In this document: in pieces, positions 9,786 to 19,882 of the stretch
Layout: the number at the start of each line of letters is the position of its first letter
Numbering within the stretch: position 1 is the first letter of the stretch
NCBI GenBank assembly: GCA_040217195.1
Contig: JAVJNR010000003.1
Span: 1 to 64,000, forward strand
Direction: 5' to 3'
DNA: 64,000 nt
From: Leptospiraceae bacterium
GTDB lineage: Bacteria; Spirochaetota; Leptospiria; Leptospirales; Leptonemataceae
Translations under genes and position numbers: made by a program
Notes under the pieces: model-generated
What the model saw: only the letters and a program-made list of their open reading frames with translations
Databases searched by the model: none
Told to the model about the DNA's origin: nothing

Positions 9786-10220
9786 ATGAAAGTAGCAGCG
9801 TGGATTCTTCTAACAATTGCTTTACCTGGGCTACTCGTACTGGGATTTGTTTCGGCAGATACAATACATGATCAGTTCTTTTCTGGATCGCCTCAGACCT
9901 GGAAAAATGAGTTCTTCAATCGGTGTAAGCAAGATGCAATAAAAGGGAATGGCAGCCTGGAGAGTTGCGTCATTGCAAGTGAAATGGCTGCCCAGGACTA
10001 CCAACGTGGCCAGAGACTATTCCTGTTAACGGTGCTAATAATCACTGGTTTTCATCTTCTACATTCAATAGCCCTAATTAAATTCCTCACAACTGAGTCT
10101 TTGCGGGCTCTGAGGATTTCAGCTCTCTGGTCTGTGGTGCCTGGAGCATCACCTGGAGTAATTCTTGGCATCCCCATTGGCATCTGGGCCCTTATTTCCT
10201 TGAGAAAGAAATCCGATTAG
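9786..10220 (+). CDS. hypothetical membrane protein
   Basis: AAGGAGG RBS; hydrophobic segments; ILGIPIGIWALISL terminus. Confidence 0.7.
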   Translation: MKVAAWILLTIALPGLLVLGFVSADTIHDQFFSGSPQTWKNEFFNRCKQDAIKGNGSLESCVIASEMAAQDYQRGQRLFLLTVLIITGFHLLHSIALIKFLTTESLRALRISALWSVVPGASPGVILGIPIGIWALISLRKKSD

Positions 10221-10398
10221 ATTTCAAAGATCCCCGATATGTAGGGCGCCCTACTGCATCTTGAGGGCCCTGCGCATAATTACTGATTTTATAGGTTCTA
10301 CTGCGTATCGCGATTCAGAATATTAATATATTTCATTGACTACTTGGATTAGCCCATTCAATATACCGGACCCAAGCTATTTCGAGAGAGGATAATAT

Positions 10399-10848
10399 AT
10401 GAATAAAACTTTTAGACTACTCTGTGTTGCAGCCACTCTGGCGCTGATTGCCGGCATATCCTGTTCTCGATACAGCACATCTCCCGCCAGGTCAGAACTA
10501 TTTCATTTAAGTATGGCCGGGTTGCAGGTCATCGATGGAAAGCCACACATGGCCTTCGGAGGAGCTTTTCTGGTAGACGCATCCAGATTCACCGTCGTGA
10601 ACGTAACGGATCCAGGAAACCCGGTGGTATTATTGGATATTCGAGAACCCATCCCCCGGGGAAGACATACATTCACAACGGATCCGCTAAACCAGTCTCA
10701 ATCGGCCTGGCTATATGATTCCGGTGACTCTCGTTTGAACTTTGACGTCCTCGTTGTAGCCCAGGATGGCAGAAGCACCACTCTGCACCAGGGCACCTAC
10801 TTTTCTTCGTCTGCTAAATCAACCTTAAGGCTGGTTATTCGCGACTGA
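10399..10848 (+). CDS. hypothetical lipoprotein
   Basis: GAGGA RBS; signal peptide ending GISC. Confidence 0.7.
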   Translation: MNKTFRLLCVAATLALIAGISCSRYSTSPARSELFHLSMAGLQVIDGKPHMAFGGAFLVDASRFTVVNVTDPGNPVVLLDIREPIPRGRHTFTTDPLNQSQSAWLYDSGDSRLNFDVLVVAQDGRSTTLHQGTYFSSSAKSTLRLVIRD

Positions 10849-10929
10849 TCGGTAACATGGACTCAAGTCAGTAAATCCGGTCTTTCCAGAGAATCTAGAT
10901 CCTTCGAAAAGACCGGATTCTATACAAAA

Positions 10930-11937
10930 ATGAAAGAAGATGCAATGCAGGACCCGGGCCCCCTAACCCCCTCCGGGAAATCCGGGGCAAATTCCTTGAA
11001 GCCTGGATTCTGGAAACGGGGCCTGGCATTCGTAATAGACATGATTCTGGTTTCAGTGCCACTGTTCCTGATCGGCTTAATCTTTTACGATTTCTTTTCA
11101 TCCATTGGTAGTGTAGGCCGACTATTGGGCATCTTTCCTGCTCTTGCCTACTTTGGCTTCCTTAACAGCAAGCACGGCCGGGGGCAAACAATTGGGAAGC
11201 GAATTTTTGGCCTTCGTGTTCTGGGCGCAGATGACAATGAAATTAGCCTGGGTCGCTCTCTGGGCAGATCTGCATTAATGCTAGTCCCATTGCATATGTC
11301 GGGAATCCATTTTGATCCAGGCATGGAAACTATTCTATGGCTTTCACCGATAATTCTTCTAATACTATTCGCTTACTTTGGCATTTTCTATTATTTCATT
11401 TTGAACTTCGCGAATCGCCGCTCGGTTCATGACTTTCTTACCGCAACACACGTAATCAATATTGAAGGGATCATAAAACCTCCGGCTACGCCACGCTGGT
11501 TGCATATCATTTATGGAATAATTTGCACCGTAGCAGGAGTGCTACTGATTCTTCATTTGATTGGTGGACTCAGTGAAAGCCAGAACACTGTGGCGCAACT
11601 ATCAAAGCTGCAGAGCACAGTAAGCCAGCACCCTGGTGTCAGAACAGCCAGAGCCACTATGGGAACTTCGTATCATAGTAGCAGCTCTGGTCCGAGCACG
11701 GAAGTGAAATACATCAGCATCAGTGTATGGCCCAGAGTGGACAGCGAAGAGCTCAGCCAGGAGTTGCCCGAAATCTATAATAATCTCAAAAAGGAGGCCC
11801 CCTTTATTTCGCAGTACGATGTCCTCTCATTTCAGATCGAGACCGGATTTCAGTTTGGCTTCGCCAGCTACAGCAGCCGGGAACATAAAAGTCATTCAAT
11901 CAAGGAGTGGGACTCATTGCTCTCCTCTGATGAGTAG
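10930..11937 (+). CDS. RDD family membrane protein
   Basis: GFWKRGLAFVID, GQTIGKRIFGLRV, RRSVHDFLTATHV motifs. Confidence 0.85.
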   Translation: MKEDAMQDPGPLTPSGKSGANSLKPGFWKRGLAFVIDMILVSVPLFLIGLIFYDFFSSIGSVGRLLGIFPALAYFGFLNSKHGRGQTIGKRIFGLRVLGADDNEISLGRSLGRSALMLVPLHMSGIHFDPGMETILWLSPIILLILFAYFGIFYYFILNFANRRSVHDFLTATHVINIEGIIKPPATPRWLHIIYGIICTVAGVLLILHLIGGLSESQNTVAQLSKLQSTVSQHPGVRTARATMGTSYHSSSSGPSTEVKYISISVWPRVDSEELSQELPEIYNNLKKEAPFISQYDVLSFQIETGFQFGFASYSSREHKSHSIKEWDSLLSSDE

Positions 11938-12273
11938 TGGCGTAAATGGGACAGGTTTCTTGCCTGAAAGTTTTTTGGGGCGTTCAACTTTCGTTTCGCC
12001 TGCCCGAAACACTCGGTCCTCCGTTAACCGGGGGACTTCAGTGCTTAAGGTTTCTTCTCAATTCGAAAAACTATTGAATTTTGCTCTTGCAATGAAACGG
12101 ATGGGCTGCCCGGCGAGAATGCAAAGGCATGCTTGACTGCAAGAAACCGGCCCTCCTTCAGTCAAAGAACGGCTTGCAATCGTTCTCAAACCCTTGCGCA
12201 ATGCTGTTATCTAACTCTTCATTTTCTTTGGATTGATAGTTCCCAAATTTAAAGGATAATAAACCGGAAAACA

Positions 12274-13203
12274 ATGAAACTACAATTACCCATTTCTGTC
12301 CTCTTAATACTTTTGTCTGCTAGCCCTCTGGTTCAGTCCTTTGCCGAAGAGGAGATCTCCTATCCGCTAACTACCTTTAAGTATTTCAGACAGAATGTTC
12401 CCTTACCGGAGCCAGGAGACTCTGATATCAAGATGGATATGCGTCTGCTACGATTCAGCGCCGTTGTTCGATACCAGGGAAAGTACAGACCCTTGACCGA
12501 GAGCAAAAAGAAGACCATGGATCTGCTGGAAGGGATGAATGTATTCCACGGAAAAACTGCATTCTTTGATCATGAAATCCTGATCAAGGATCGAATGGAT
12601 CGAGAGCTCTGGATTCCTGCCAACGGAGCCCTGGCAACCCGAATCCATGACCAGCTGGAGGTCAATGAGGAGTTTACTGCCATGTTTACGTATCTTGGCT
12701 GCTGCTTCGACAGGAAGGATAGAATTCTGTTTCTAAACAGAATCGATTTCAATGTGCAGCACATACCAGAACACTCCTGCTTCACCGAAGAGCTTCTCGG
12801 ATTCAAGATTAGGTCAAACTTCAAGGAATCGTTACGAAGAGCCGAGGAGAAATTCGGTAAACCGGTGAAAACTCTGGAAAGCGAAAGGGGACAACGGGTA
12901 CATATCTTCCTGATCGAAAAGGATACGGAAACGGCTATGTACTTGCGAGATGGCGGACCGGAATTTTCCGATTATGTGAGTTCGATCCAGATTTCTAGCT
13001 ATGCTGGATCCAACATGGAATTAATGCCCGGCATCGCTTTTGGAGATAAAGAAAAGGATATTGAGGATGCAATCGGCCGAGACCTGAGAATCAGGCACAA
13101 TAAGGATGCAGACTTGCATTTTTATGAGCCTTCTGCCTGCACATTCGAGCTCCGCGATGGGCGAATGTTTTCAATATTTATTTCCGAGGATCCGTACTAC
13201 TAA
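12274..13203 (+). CDS. hypothetical exported protein
   Basis: Signal peptide; 309 aa. Confidence 0.7.
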   Translation: MKLQLPISVLLILLSASPLVQSFAEEEISYPLTTFKYFRQNVPLPEPGDSDIKMDMRLLRFSAVVRYQGKYRPLTESKKKTMDLLEGMNVFHGKTAFFDHEILIKDRMDRELWIPANGALATRIHDQLEVNEEFTAMFTYLGCCFDRKDRILFLNRIDFNVQHIPEHSCFTEELLGFKIRSNFKESLRRAEEKFGKPVKTLESERGQRVHIFLIEKDTETAMYLRDGGPEFSDYVSSIQISSYAGSNMELMPGIAFGDKEKDIEDAIGRDLRIRHNKDADLHFYEPSACTFELRDGRMFSIFISEDPYY

Positions 13204-13531
13204 TGATCGATTGTGGATTCGATCTCATTTGCATCACTTCGCTCCAAAAGCCGGGGCTTTCCACAGTCCATCCGCATTAATTCTATGCTTCTGTCAGATA
13301 GAATTAAGTGAATCCTGATGGGGAACGCCTCAGCATATGCTGCAACTTAGACCGGTTCGAAGAAACGAACAGGAGACTCATATAAGCCTACCGAAATAAG
13401 TAGTCTATTCGAACTCGAGTAATCATCGGTCTGTGTATTTCAGGGACTACCCCAGAAAAGTCCGACCCATGAAAATGAGGCTGCGCTTTCTTGAAAGGCC
13501 TGGCTATTTTTGACCATAGTGAGATAAGAAT

Positions 13532-14272
13532 ATGTATTCATTTCAGAAGCACTACCAGAGAACACTTGCACAGTTCTACAGCCAGGTCTACGGCGGACGA
13601 AGCCTGAATTATTCCCGGGCGAAATCTATCCTGCAAGAATTCGGAATCTCCAGCAATTACAGGGACGGAATGCAGGCCGCCGATCTGGGGGCAGGTACTG
13701 GATTCTTCTCTGTTCCACTCTCCGAAATCGGATATTCAGTATTAGCTCTGGATTTGGACCCATCTCTCAATGCCGAGCATTTAGAGAGCATCGAAGGCCA
13801 TTCAGTCACAGTCATTGAGGCAGATCTGATGGCATTGCCCGATTACTCCAATGCCCCGCTGGATCTGGTTCTTTGCATGACCGATACCATCGCCCATCTA
13901 AATAATGAAGAGCAGATACTTACTCTATTTAAAATGGTGCATCGGAAACTTTGCAGTGGCGGACAGTTCCTAATTTCCTTTCGCGATCAATCTATTGCTC
14001 TGGAGGGAGAAAACCGATTCATTCCTTTCTATTCCGGCGAAAATTTAATCGCCACAACTTTCGTGGAATTCAGCGATAGATTTGTGGACGTAACGGATAT
14101 TATCTACAGCAAGGAGCCAGACTGGAAAATGTTCACCAGCTCCTACAGGAAGGTGAGACTGGTGGCTGAAGGCGTGTCTTCCTTGTTGGAAAACTCTGGA
14201 TTCTCGATCAAGATTACGAAAACCATCTCAGGAATGCATTTTATACTGGCTGAAAAGCTTGAACAGGGATAG
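13532..14272 (+). CDS. class I SAM-dependent methyltransferase
   Basis: AADLGAGTG motif I, VLALD, DLVLCMTDTIAHL. Confidence 0.85.
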   Translation: MYSFQKHYQRTLAQFYSQVYGGRSLNYSRAKSILQEFGISSNYRDGMQAADLGAGTGFFSVPLSEIGYSVLALDLDPSLNAEHLESIEGHSVTVIEADLMALPDYSNAPLDLVLCMTDTIAHLNNEEQILTLFKMVHRKLCSGGQFLISFRDQSIALEGENRFIPFYSGENLIATTFVEFSDRFVDVTDIIYSKEPDWKMFTSSYRKVRLVAEGVSSLLENSGFSIKITKTISGMHFILAEKLEQG

Positions 14273-14326
14273 TGCTTTGATTCACTGCTTTCGATTGAAT
14301 ACATAGCATAGGCCTATACATTCAAG

Positions 14327-15400
14327 ATGCTAATCCCTTTTCTAAGATTTTGTGGTAAGATTTATCTCGTTGCAGCAAGCTTCCTGGCGTTTCTTTTTCT
14401 GCTGGGTTACGAACATCAATTTGTACTTTTTCTATCGAACGTTCGACTGTTTATTCTTTTACCGGCCATTACCATAGGTTTCTTCCTGATACTACGAAGT
14501 CCCTGCTCTCGCTGGACATTTCTCACTTTTATTGGGGCACTGGGATTGCCTTACTTCTTGTTTTTGGAGCCAGAGTATTGTGCCGGGGATAACATTTCTA
14601 CAGATCAAGAGATTCATGTTATGACTCTGAATCTTGCAGGCAGTTCCGATGTGCCGGGACGTAATCTGAATGATTTCATAAAGAACAATGAAATCGATGT
14701 ACTGTCCCTGCAAGAGGTAACGCCCAACTTCTGGAAAACGGAAGGGAAGTCATTGAAAGCGATTCTACCCTATGAAGCCTATAGAGCTTCCCCGGAGGGC
14801 TACTGGACCCAGGCATTATTGAGCCGCTACCCAATCGAATCCACTAGAGTACTCGATCCTGGACCAGGATTCAGCAACTTCGACTCCAGGCTCGTGCTGG
14901 AAGTTTCTTTAATGTTGCATGGTATGCCCTTTTCAATTCAGGCTCTCCATCTAAGTGTTCCCTTTTATCGAGGTCCTTGCCGTGGACTTCATTGCCTTCT
15001 GGTGCGATATGATCAAAGTCAAAGAGACCGACAGCTAGAGAAATCTATTGCATGGAGCCAGACAAAAGACCATCCGACCATTCTGCTGGGAGATCTGAAT
15101 TTATCCGACCAGAATCCAGAGTATGAAAGACTGTACAAAGATTCCATTGATGCAGGACGTTGCAGCGATGACAATCCAGCAACCTGGCCTGCCGACAACA
15201 CAGTACCCGTTGCATTTACCAGAATCGATTATGCGCTGATCATGAATAGAAAGTCTGTACCCATTCTGGCCAATTCTCGTACGTTCCGGATCCAGGGTAC
15301 CGACCATATGGCCCTCGTAGCAAGATTCCTGATCCCGGAGCCCTGGACCCGGGCCCGGCCAATCAAAGCCACCCGGGCCCGCCCGGTAGAGATTAACTGA
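14327..15400 (+). CDS. membrane-anchored endonuclease/exonuclease/phosphatase family protein
   Basis: N-terminal TM helices; [26 protein letters not shown] motifs. Confidence 0.85.
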   Translation: MLIPFLRFCGKIYLVAASFLAFLFLLGYEHQFVLFLSNVRLFILLPAITIGFFLILRSPCSRWTFLTFIGALGLPYFLFLEPEYCAGDNISTDQEIHVMTLNLAGSSDVPGRNLNDFIKNNEIDVLSLQEVTPNFWKTEGKSLKAILPYEAYRASPEGYWTQALLSRYPIESTRVLDPGPGFSNFDSRLVLEVSLMLHGMPFSIQALHLSVPFYRGPCRGLHCLLVRYDQSQRDRQLEKSIAWSQTKDHPTILLGDLNLSDQNPEYERLYKDSIDAGRCSDDNPATWPADNTVPVAFTRIDYALIMNRKSVPILANSRTFRIQGTDHMALVARFLIPEPWTRARPIKATRARPVEIN

Positions 15401-15884
15401 GAGTCTTTTTCTTATCCAGGTACGTTTGCAGGTTTTCTAGGTGCTGCTTTCCGCCTTCAATGGCTCCGTACTTGTCATTTACCCTTCGCAGTTCTTCTTC
15501 GGTGCCAAAGTCCTGTTCCATGATCAGTCGAGTCCCTTCCCCTTCGGATTGAAACGTTATGGTGGTAGCAAAGTCGATATCTTCGCTCGAACCTCCATCA
15601 CCCAGATGCTGGTATACGATCTTTTTAGACTCCTTGATTTCCAAAAACCGGACCATATTCTTGTAATCAGTTCCATCTGGCCCATGCATGATGAAGTCCC
15701 AGATCCCCTGGTCGCGAAAGTCCATTTTGGTGGTGGTCAGCGTAAAGCCGTCTGGCCCCCACCATTGAGCCAGGTCCTCGGGGTTCGACCAGGCCTCAAA
15801 AACCAGATCCGCAGGAGCATCAAAGTATCTTTCGTAGATAACCCTGCTTCCCTGCACTGATGTTTCTACACGATAACTATCCAT
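15393..15884 (-). CDS. SRPBCC/AHSA1 domain protein
   Basis: [30 protein letters not shown]; downstream of ArsR gene. Confidence 0.9.
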   Translation of the reverse strand: MDSYRVETSVQGSRVIYERYFDAPADLVFEAWSNPEDLAQWWGPDGFTLTTTKMDFRDQGIWDFIMHGPDGTDYKNMVRFLEIKESKKIVYQHLGDGGSSEDIDFATTITFQSEGEGTRLIMEQDFGTEEELRRVNDKYGAIEGGKQHLENLQTYLDKKKTLS

Positions 15885-16200
15885 CTTTTCTCTCCTTCTT
15901 TTTGGTTTCCAGATGCGTTTCCAGTCGGTCCATTCGATTCTTCCAGAGGCTTCTGGTCTCCAGAAGCCAGGATTCCATCTCGCCCAGACCGAAATCATCC
16001 AGAGTATAGATACGCTTCTGAGCTTCCTTCCTCATGCGAAGCACGCGAGCCTCCCTGAGCACCTTCAAATGCTGCGATATTGCTGGCGGACTCATGTCGA
16101 AATTTGTACTGATTTCACTGGAAGCCATGGCCCCCTTTTGAGCCACCAATCTGACGATATCCCGTCGAGTTCCGTCTGAGAGGGCAGCAAAAGCGTTCAT
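15877..16200 (-). CDS. ArsR/SmtB family transcriptional regulator
   Basis: [28 protein letters not shown]. Confidence 0.9.
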   Translation of the reverse strand: MNAFAALSDGTRRDIVRLVAQKGAMASSEISTNFDMSPPAISQHLKVLREARVLRMRKEAQKRIYTLDDFGLGEMESWLLETRSLWKNRMDRLETHLETKKKERKDG

Positions 16201-16209
16201 ACAACCTAT

Positions 16210-16225
16210 TTAAGCTTTTGCTTAA
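16210..16225. promoter_or_regulatory. probable ArsR autoregulatory operator
   Basis: Palindrome TTAAGC-TTTT-GCTTAA just upstream of the ArsR start; TTGACT on the minus strand at 16229-16234. Confidence 0.55.
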
Positions 16226-16327
16226 TTAAGTCAACTCTTTTGTACAGAAACTCAAAAATTGAAACCGCCGCTGGCAATGACCAGAAAATATAATTGATTC
16301 TGAACACCAGGTCCGGGACGAACCGAT

Positions 16328-16918
16328 ATGCCGCAGAAGAATGAAAAGGTGGATAAATTCCTGGATCGGGCCTCTATCTGGAAGGCCGAAATGAAATCCT
16401 TGCGGGAGCTTCTATTGAAGTTTGGTCTGGAAGAGGAGCTCAAATGGGGCAAGCCCTGTTATTCCGCTGAAGGAGGAAACATCGCCATCATTCAACCATT
16501 CAAACAACATCTATCATTGATGTTCTTTAAAGGAGCCCTGTTAAAGGCTCCGGGGGACCTGCTAAAATCTCAGGGGCCAAACTCACAGTCAGCGCGAAGG
16601 CTGGAATTTCAAAGTCAGGATGATATCCAATCTGCCAGGGCGGCTCTCAAAGATCTTGTAGTTGAAGCGGTAGCGCTGGAAAAGAAAGATATTCCCTTTC
16701 CATTCAAGAAAACCGCGAAGACGGAAATACCCCCGGAACTGAAAGAAAGATTCAGAATTGACCCGGCCTACAAAAAGGCCTTTGAGGGCTTAACTCCAGG
16801 ACGGCAGCGTAGCTATATTATACATATTACCCAGGCCAAACAGGAAAAGACCAGGCTGAACCGGATCGAAAAATGCAAATCCAGGGTAATGATGGGCAAA
16901 GGTTACAATGAAGGATAA
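16328..16918 (+). CDS. YdeI/OmpD-associated family protein
   Basis: LEEELKWGKPCY, FFKGALL, AFEGLTPGRQRSY, AKQEKTRLNRIEK. Confidence 0.9.
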   Translation: MPQKNEKVDKFLDRASIWKAEMKSLRELLLKFGLEEELKWGKPCYSAEGGNIAIIQPFKQHLSLMFFKGALLKAPGDLLKSQGPNSQSARRLEFQSQDDIQSARAALKDLVVEAVALEKKDIPFPFKKTAKTEIPPELKERFRIDPAYKKAFEGLTPGRQRSYIIHITQAKQEKTRLNRIEKCKSRVMMGKGYNEG

Positions 16919-17028
16919 ATCTCTGTTTTAGATCCCGGTAAAGAAAGTGCAGAATTAGCACAGAAAAGGTGAAACGATAGGCCTGCCTTAAACATTCATA
17001 GTCAATACGTAAATGATAAGGAGGCATC

Positions 17029-17448
17029 ATGCCTGAAAAGTTAGCTCGACCATTGCCCCTGAAAATCGCTTTAACTCTGGGCCTAATTTTAGTGGCACTG
17101 AATCTATTGGAACTCCCTGTGATGCACCTGGAACTGGGAGCCGGAACTGTTTTCAATGGTTTGATACTGAGAACTCTACTCAGTTCAGGCTTAATTCTCT
17201 TCCTAATCTTGAAAGCGATCAACGGTAAGAATTGGGCCAGATATGTTTTCTTAATTCTTAGCATTCCAGGCCTGCTGATGAGCCCGGCTCAGGTAATAAC
17301 CTACCTTGAAGAAAATGAGCTGATGCTATTCGGATTCACTGTTCTGCGAATTGTGGATACTCTGCTGCTTCTGGTCTTCCTATTCCTCCCGCCATCCGGC
17401 CAATACTTTCGAATGCAGAAACTTCAGGCCAGAACGGCCCATGAATAG
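17029..17448 (+). CDS. four-TM membrane protein
   Basis: AAGGAGG RBS; GKNWARY loop; hydrophobic. Confidence 0.75.
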   Translation: MPEKLARPLPLKIALTLGLILVALNLLELPVMHLELGAGTVFNGLILRTLLSSGLILFLILKAINGKNWARYVFLILSIPGLLMSPAQVITYLEENELMLFGFTVLRIVDTLLLLVFLFLPPSGQYFRMQKLQARTAHE

Positions 17449-17603
17449 AGAAAGATAGTGACGGTGGATCTTCGATAGTCGACCAGGTAGGTATCATCCA
17501 TTGAAAGGACCTTCAGCTGGATCCCCGTTACAATACAGATAATCGAGACTTACAGAGAGCGAACCCTATTGCTCAGATCGCCTCACTCTGGGCACTGGGC
17601 TGC

Positions 17604-18191
17604 ATGGTCTGGAACCTGATTTCAGCCCTGCCTGTTTCCATAATCGGGTCCGGCTCTCTGGCAATGTGGCCATTTCAGATACTGTCTGCCATTCCCTGGT
17701 TTCTGGCCTATTTATGGATTGTTGGTCTGGCCTATCGCTCCAGGAACCGGTTCATGTGGATTGCATTGCTTTTCTATATGATTGCAGGCACAATGGAGTC
17801 GGCTGTAGCCATTGAAGCCAATCGGATTTTCCTGCATGGATCCAGCAGCCGCTGGGCAGACCTGCCTCTGGCTCTTGCCTTCGCCACATTCTTTACTTCC
17901 TCGCTTAACAGAGCTGAAAGAAATCACCTGGCAATCCTGACCTTTCTTTTTGCTGCTTCCGGGATGATATATACAGTGGGACTGTTGTTTCCAATCAGCC
18001 AACTCAGCGAATGGACTGAGCAGGCGTTTCAGGTTAAAATCACTGATATGGTAGTTTTTCTACTTCCGGTACTGGATAGTCTGTACTTTTTGACTCTGGC
18101 TGTAACTCTTGTATCCTTTCCATTTCGCAAACTGACTACCCGGTGGAGGCAAGACGTTGCCTCGAAGGAACAAAGCTACGACCGGAACTGA
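17604..18191 (+). CDS. hypothetical membrane protein (start uncertain)
   Basis: Multiple hydrophobic segments. Confidence 0.55.
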   Translation: MVWNLISALPVSIIGSGSLAMWPFQILSAIPWFLAYLWIVGLAYRSRNRFMWIALLFYMIAGTMESAVAIEANRIFLHGSSSRWADLPLALAFATFFTSSLNRAERNHLAILTFLFAASGMIYTVGLLFPISQLSEWTEQAFQVKITDMVVFLLPVLDSLYFLTLAVTLVSFPFRKLTTRWRQDVASKEQSYDRN

Positions 18192-18210
18192 ATCGTATCT
18201 CGGAGAAAGA

Positions 18211-18600
18211 ATGAAACCCTTACAAATTATTTCAGCTGATTCCCTGGGAGGTCTCATTGCAGGTATAGCTACCTTGCTAATATACCCTTTACTGGCGGAT
18301 CTACATAACTGGTCGGAGGCCCTGGTGCTCTTTATGGCCATTGTTAACATCGCTTATGGATGCTATTCTGGAATACTGTTCCTCCTTTATCGCAAGGATC
18401 CGTCCAGCCTGGAGCCAATGGTAATTACTCTAATTATTGCCAACAGCGCATGGGCCGGTTTTTGCTTCACTCAGCTATGGTGGATTGGTTCCGATTCGTT
18501 CTGGACTGGATCCGGTCATTTGATTCTGGAAGGAATCTTTGTTGCTGCCCTGGCATTTATCGAAGCAATGATTGTCCTGCCTTCTGTTCATAAGAGCTGA
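18211..18600 (+). CDS. four-TM membrane protein
   Basis: GGAG RBS; NIAYGCYS and LIIANSAW segments. Confidence 0.7.
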   Translation: MKPLQIISADSLGGLIAGIATLLIYPLLADLHNWSEALVLFMAIVNIAYGCYSGILFLLYRKDPSSLEPMVITLIIANSAWAGFCFTQLWWIGSDSFWTGSGHLILEGIFVAALAFIEAMIVLPSVHKS

Positions 18601-19002
18601 TGAAACGAGGCCGACTGCACCGGCGGCAGGTCTCTGATGCCGATTTGAAAAGCTCCAAACACAGAGTGCCTGGCCGGAATGAAACCAATCCATTATCGAT
18701 ATAGATGTCCATTCTGGTCCGGGTTTCTGAGTATCTCCTGGCAAGTTGCATCCAATCGCACCCCGCAAATATGGCCGGGAGCTGCAAGGTTTCCTGCCTT
18801 TTTCTGAATCCAATATTTGCTTGCACAAACAATCTTTTCGATATTACGATATTTGATTATCAGACCATCAGGAACGATCCGGACAGTAGGAACAATCCGG
18901 GCATCAAGGACATTAGTATTCCGTTTCTCTGGAATTACTGGACAGCTTCCCACTCTTCGGCGGGCCCGAGTAGCGCCGGTCATTATTCTTGTCACTCGGT
19001 AC

Positions 19003-19033
19003 AAAAGAAAGGCCCGCCCTCCTGGAGCGAGCC
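19003..19033 (-). terminator. intrinsic terminator of the phasin-like gene
   Basis: Minus strand GGCTCGCTC-CAGGA-GGGCGGGCC followed by TTTCTTTT. Confidence 0.7.
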
Positions 19034-19059
19034 CATCCGATTTCCATTCTCTGCAGTTA

Positions 19060-19500
19060 TTAAACGCTGGTAGTGGAAGCGGCAGGCTTGGCTGGCTTCG
19101 CCGAAGTTTTGGATTCCGCTGAACCAGGCACGATATTGCCAGCTCTTTCTTGAATGAGACTGGACAGTTCATTCATTTTTGTGTTCAGATCGGCAATTCG
19201 CTCTTCGCCCACAACGCTCTTGATTTGTTCGAAAACCTGGGAATAGTTCTTTTTGGCTTCATCCAGAACTGCCTTCAGGTTTCCCTCTGCTTTTTCTGAA
19301 ACATCCTTCACACCTTTCAGTGTCTGATCCAGACTTTCGCGAAGTTTGGCTGCTGTTTCGGAACTATCCTGAGCGCCTTTGCTTTTTAGATCTTCAAAGG
19401 ATTTCTGCAATGTAGATAGAAAACCCTGCAGGTTCTCCTCTCCGGCTTTGTAGAGTCCGATTCCGGCATTGACTAGATCTTGTAGTTGTTGATTGTTCAT
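19060..19500 (-). CDS. phasin-like / granule-associated amphipathic helical protein
   Basis: LVNAGIGLYK...FEDLKSKGA resembles the PhaF/PhaI N-terminus (LAGLG...FxxLVxxG); Ala/Lys/Pro tail AKPAKPAA. Confidence 0.7.
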   Translation of the reverse strand: MNNQQLQDLVNAGIGLYKAGEENLQGFLSTLQKSFEDLKSKGAQDSSETAAKLRESLDQTLKGVKDVSEKAEGNLKAVLDEAKKNYSQVFEQIKSVVGEERIADLNTKMNELSSLIQERAGNIVPGSAESKTSAKPAKPAASTTSV

Positions 19501-19519
19501 TTTGATTCTCCCGCTGTAG

Positions 19520-19551
19520 TGCGTCGCACAATAGGATTATGCGCTGCACCA
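19520..19551. promoter_or_regulatory. two PhaR-like operator boxes
   Basis: TGCGTCGCACAA (19520-19531) and TGCGCTGCACCA (19540-19551), 20 bp apart, between a minus-strand TTGACA (19554-19559) and the phasin start. Confidence 0.6.
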
Positions 19552-19882
19552 ACTGTCAAACAATTTTCTGACAATGGGTAAGTTTTTTTCGGGAATTTTT
19601 AATGTCTGAATTTTCAGGAATAGTAGTTCTAAAATGGCATTCTCAGATCCAGAAAATGCCGGTGTGGGCCTAAAGGATCTGGTTTTGCATCGATTTTACC
19701 CGAAGAGTCCATGGTGACTTCAAATTGAGCGGGATCTTTTTTACAGAAAAAACTTTACGTTTTGCCTGATTCATCGTTTATGACGGGTTTTTCCCGTCCA
19801 CAGAAGGAACGGGAAGCCATCACAGAAAGGGCGATTCCGATGTGAGTCCCTATACTGATGCGAACAGGAAAGGTATACTTAT

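Noticed and set aside
18595..19000. CTGATGA hammerhead-like core and overlapping ORFs in this gap
   Set aside because: The required stems are not formed; the ORFs lack RBS and protein-like composition
19560..19880. oriC or c-di-GMP riboswitch upstream of dksA-gyrB
   Set aside because: No TTATCCACA boxes and no GEMM consensus seen
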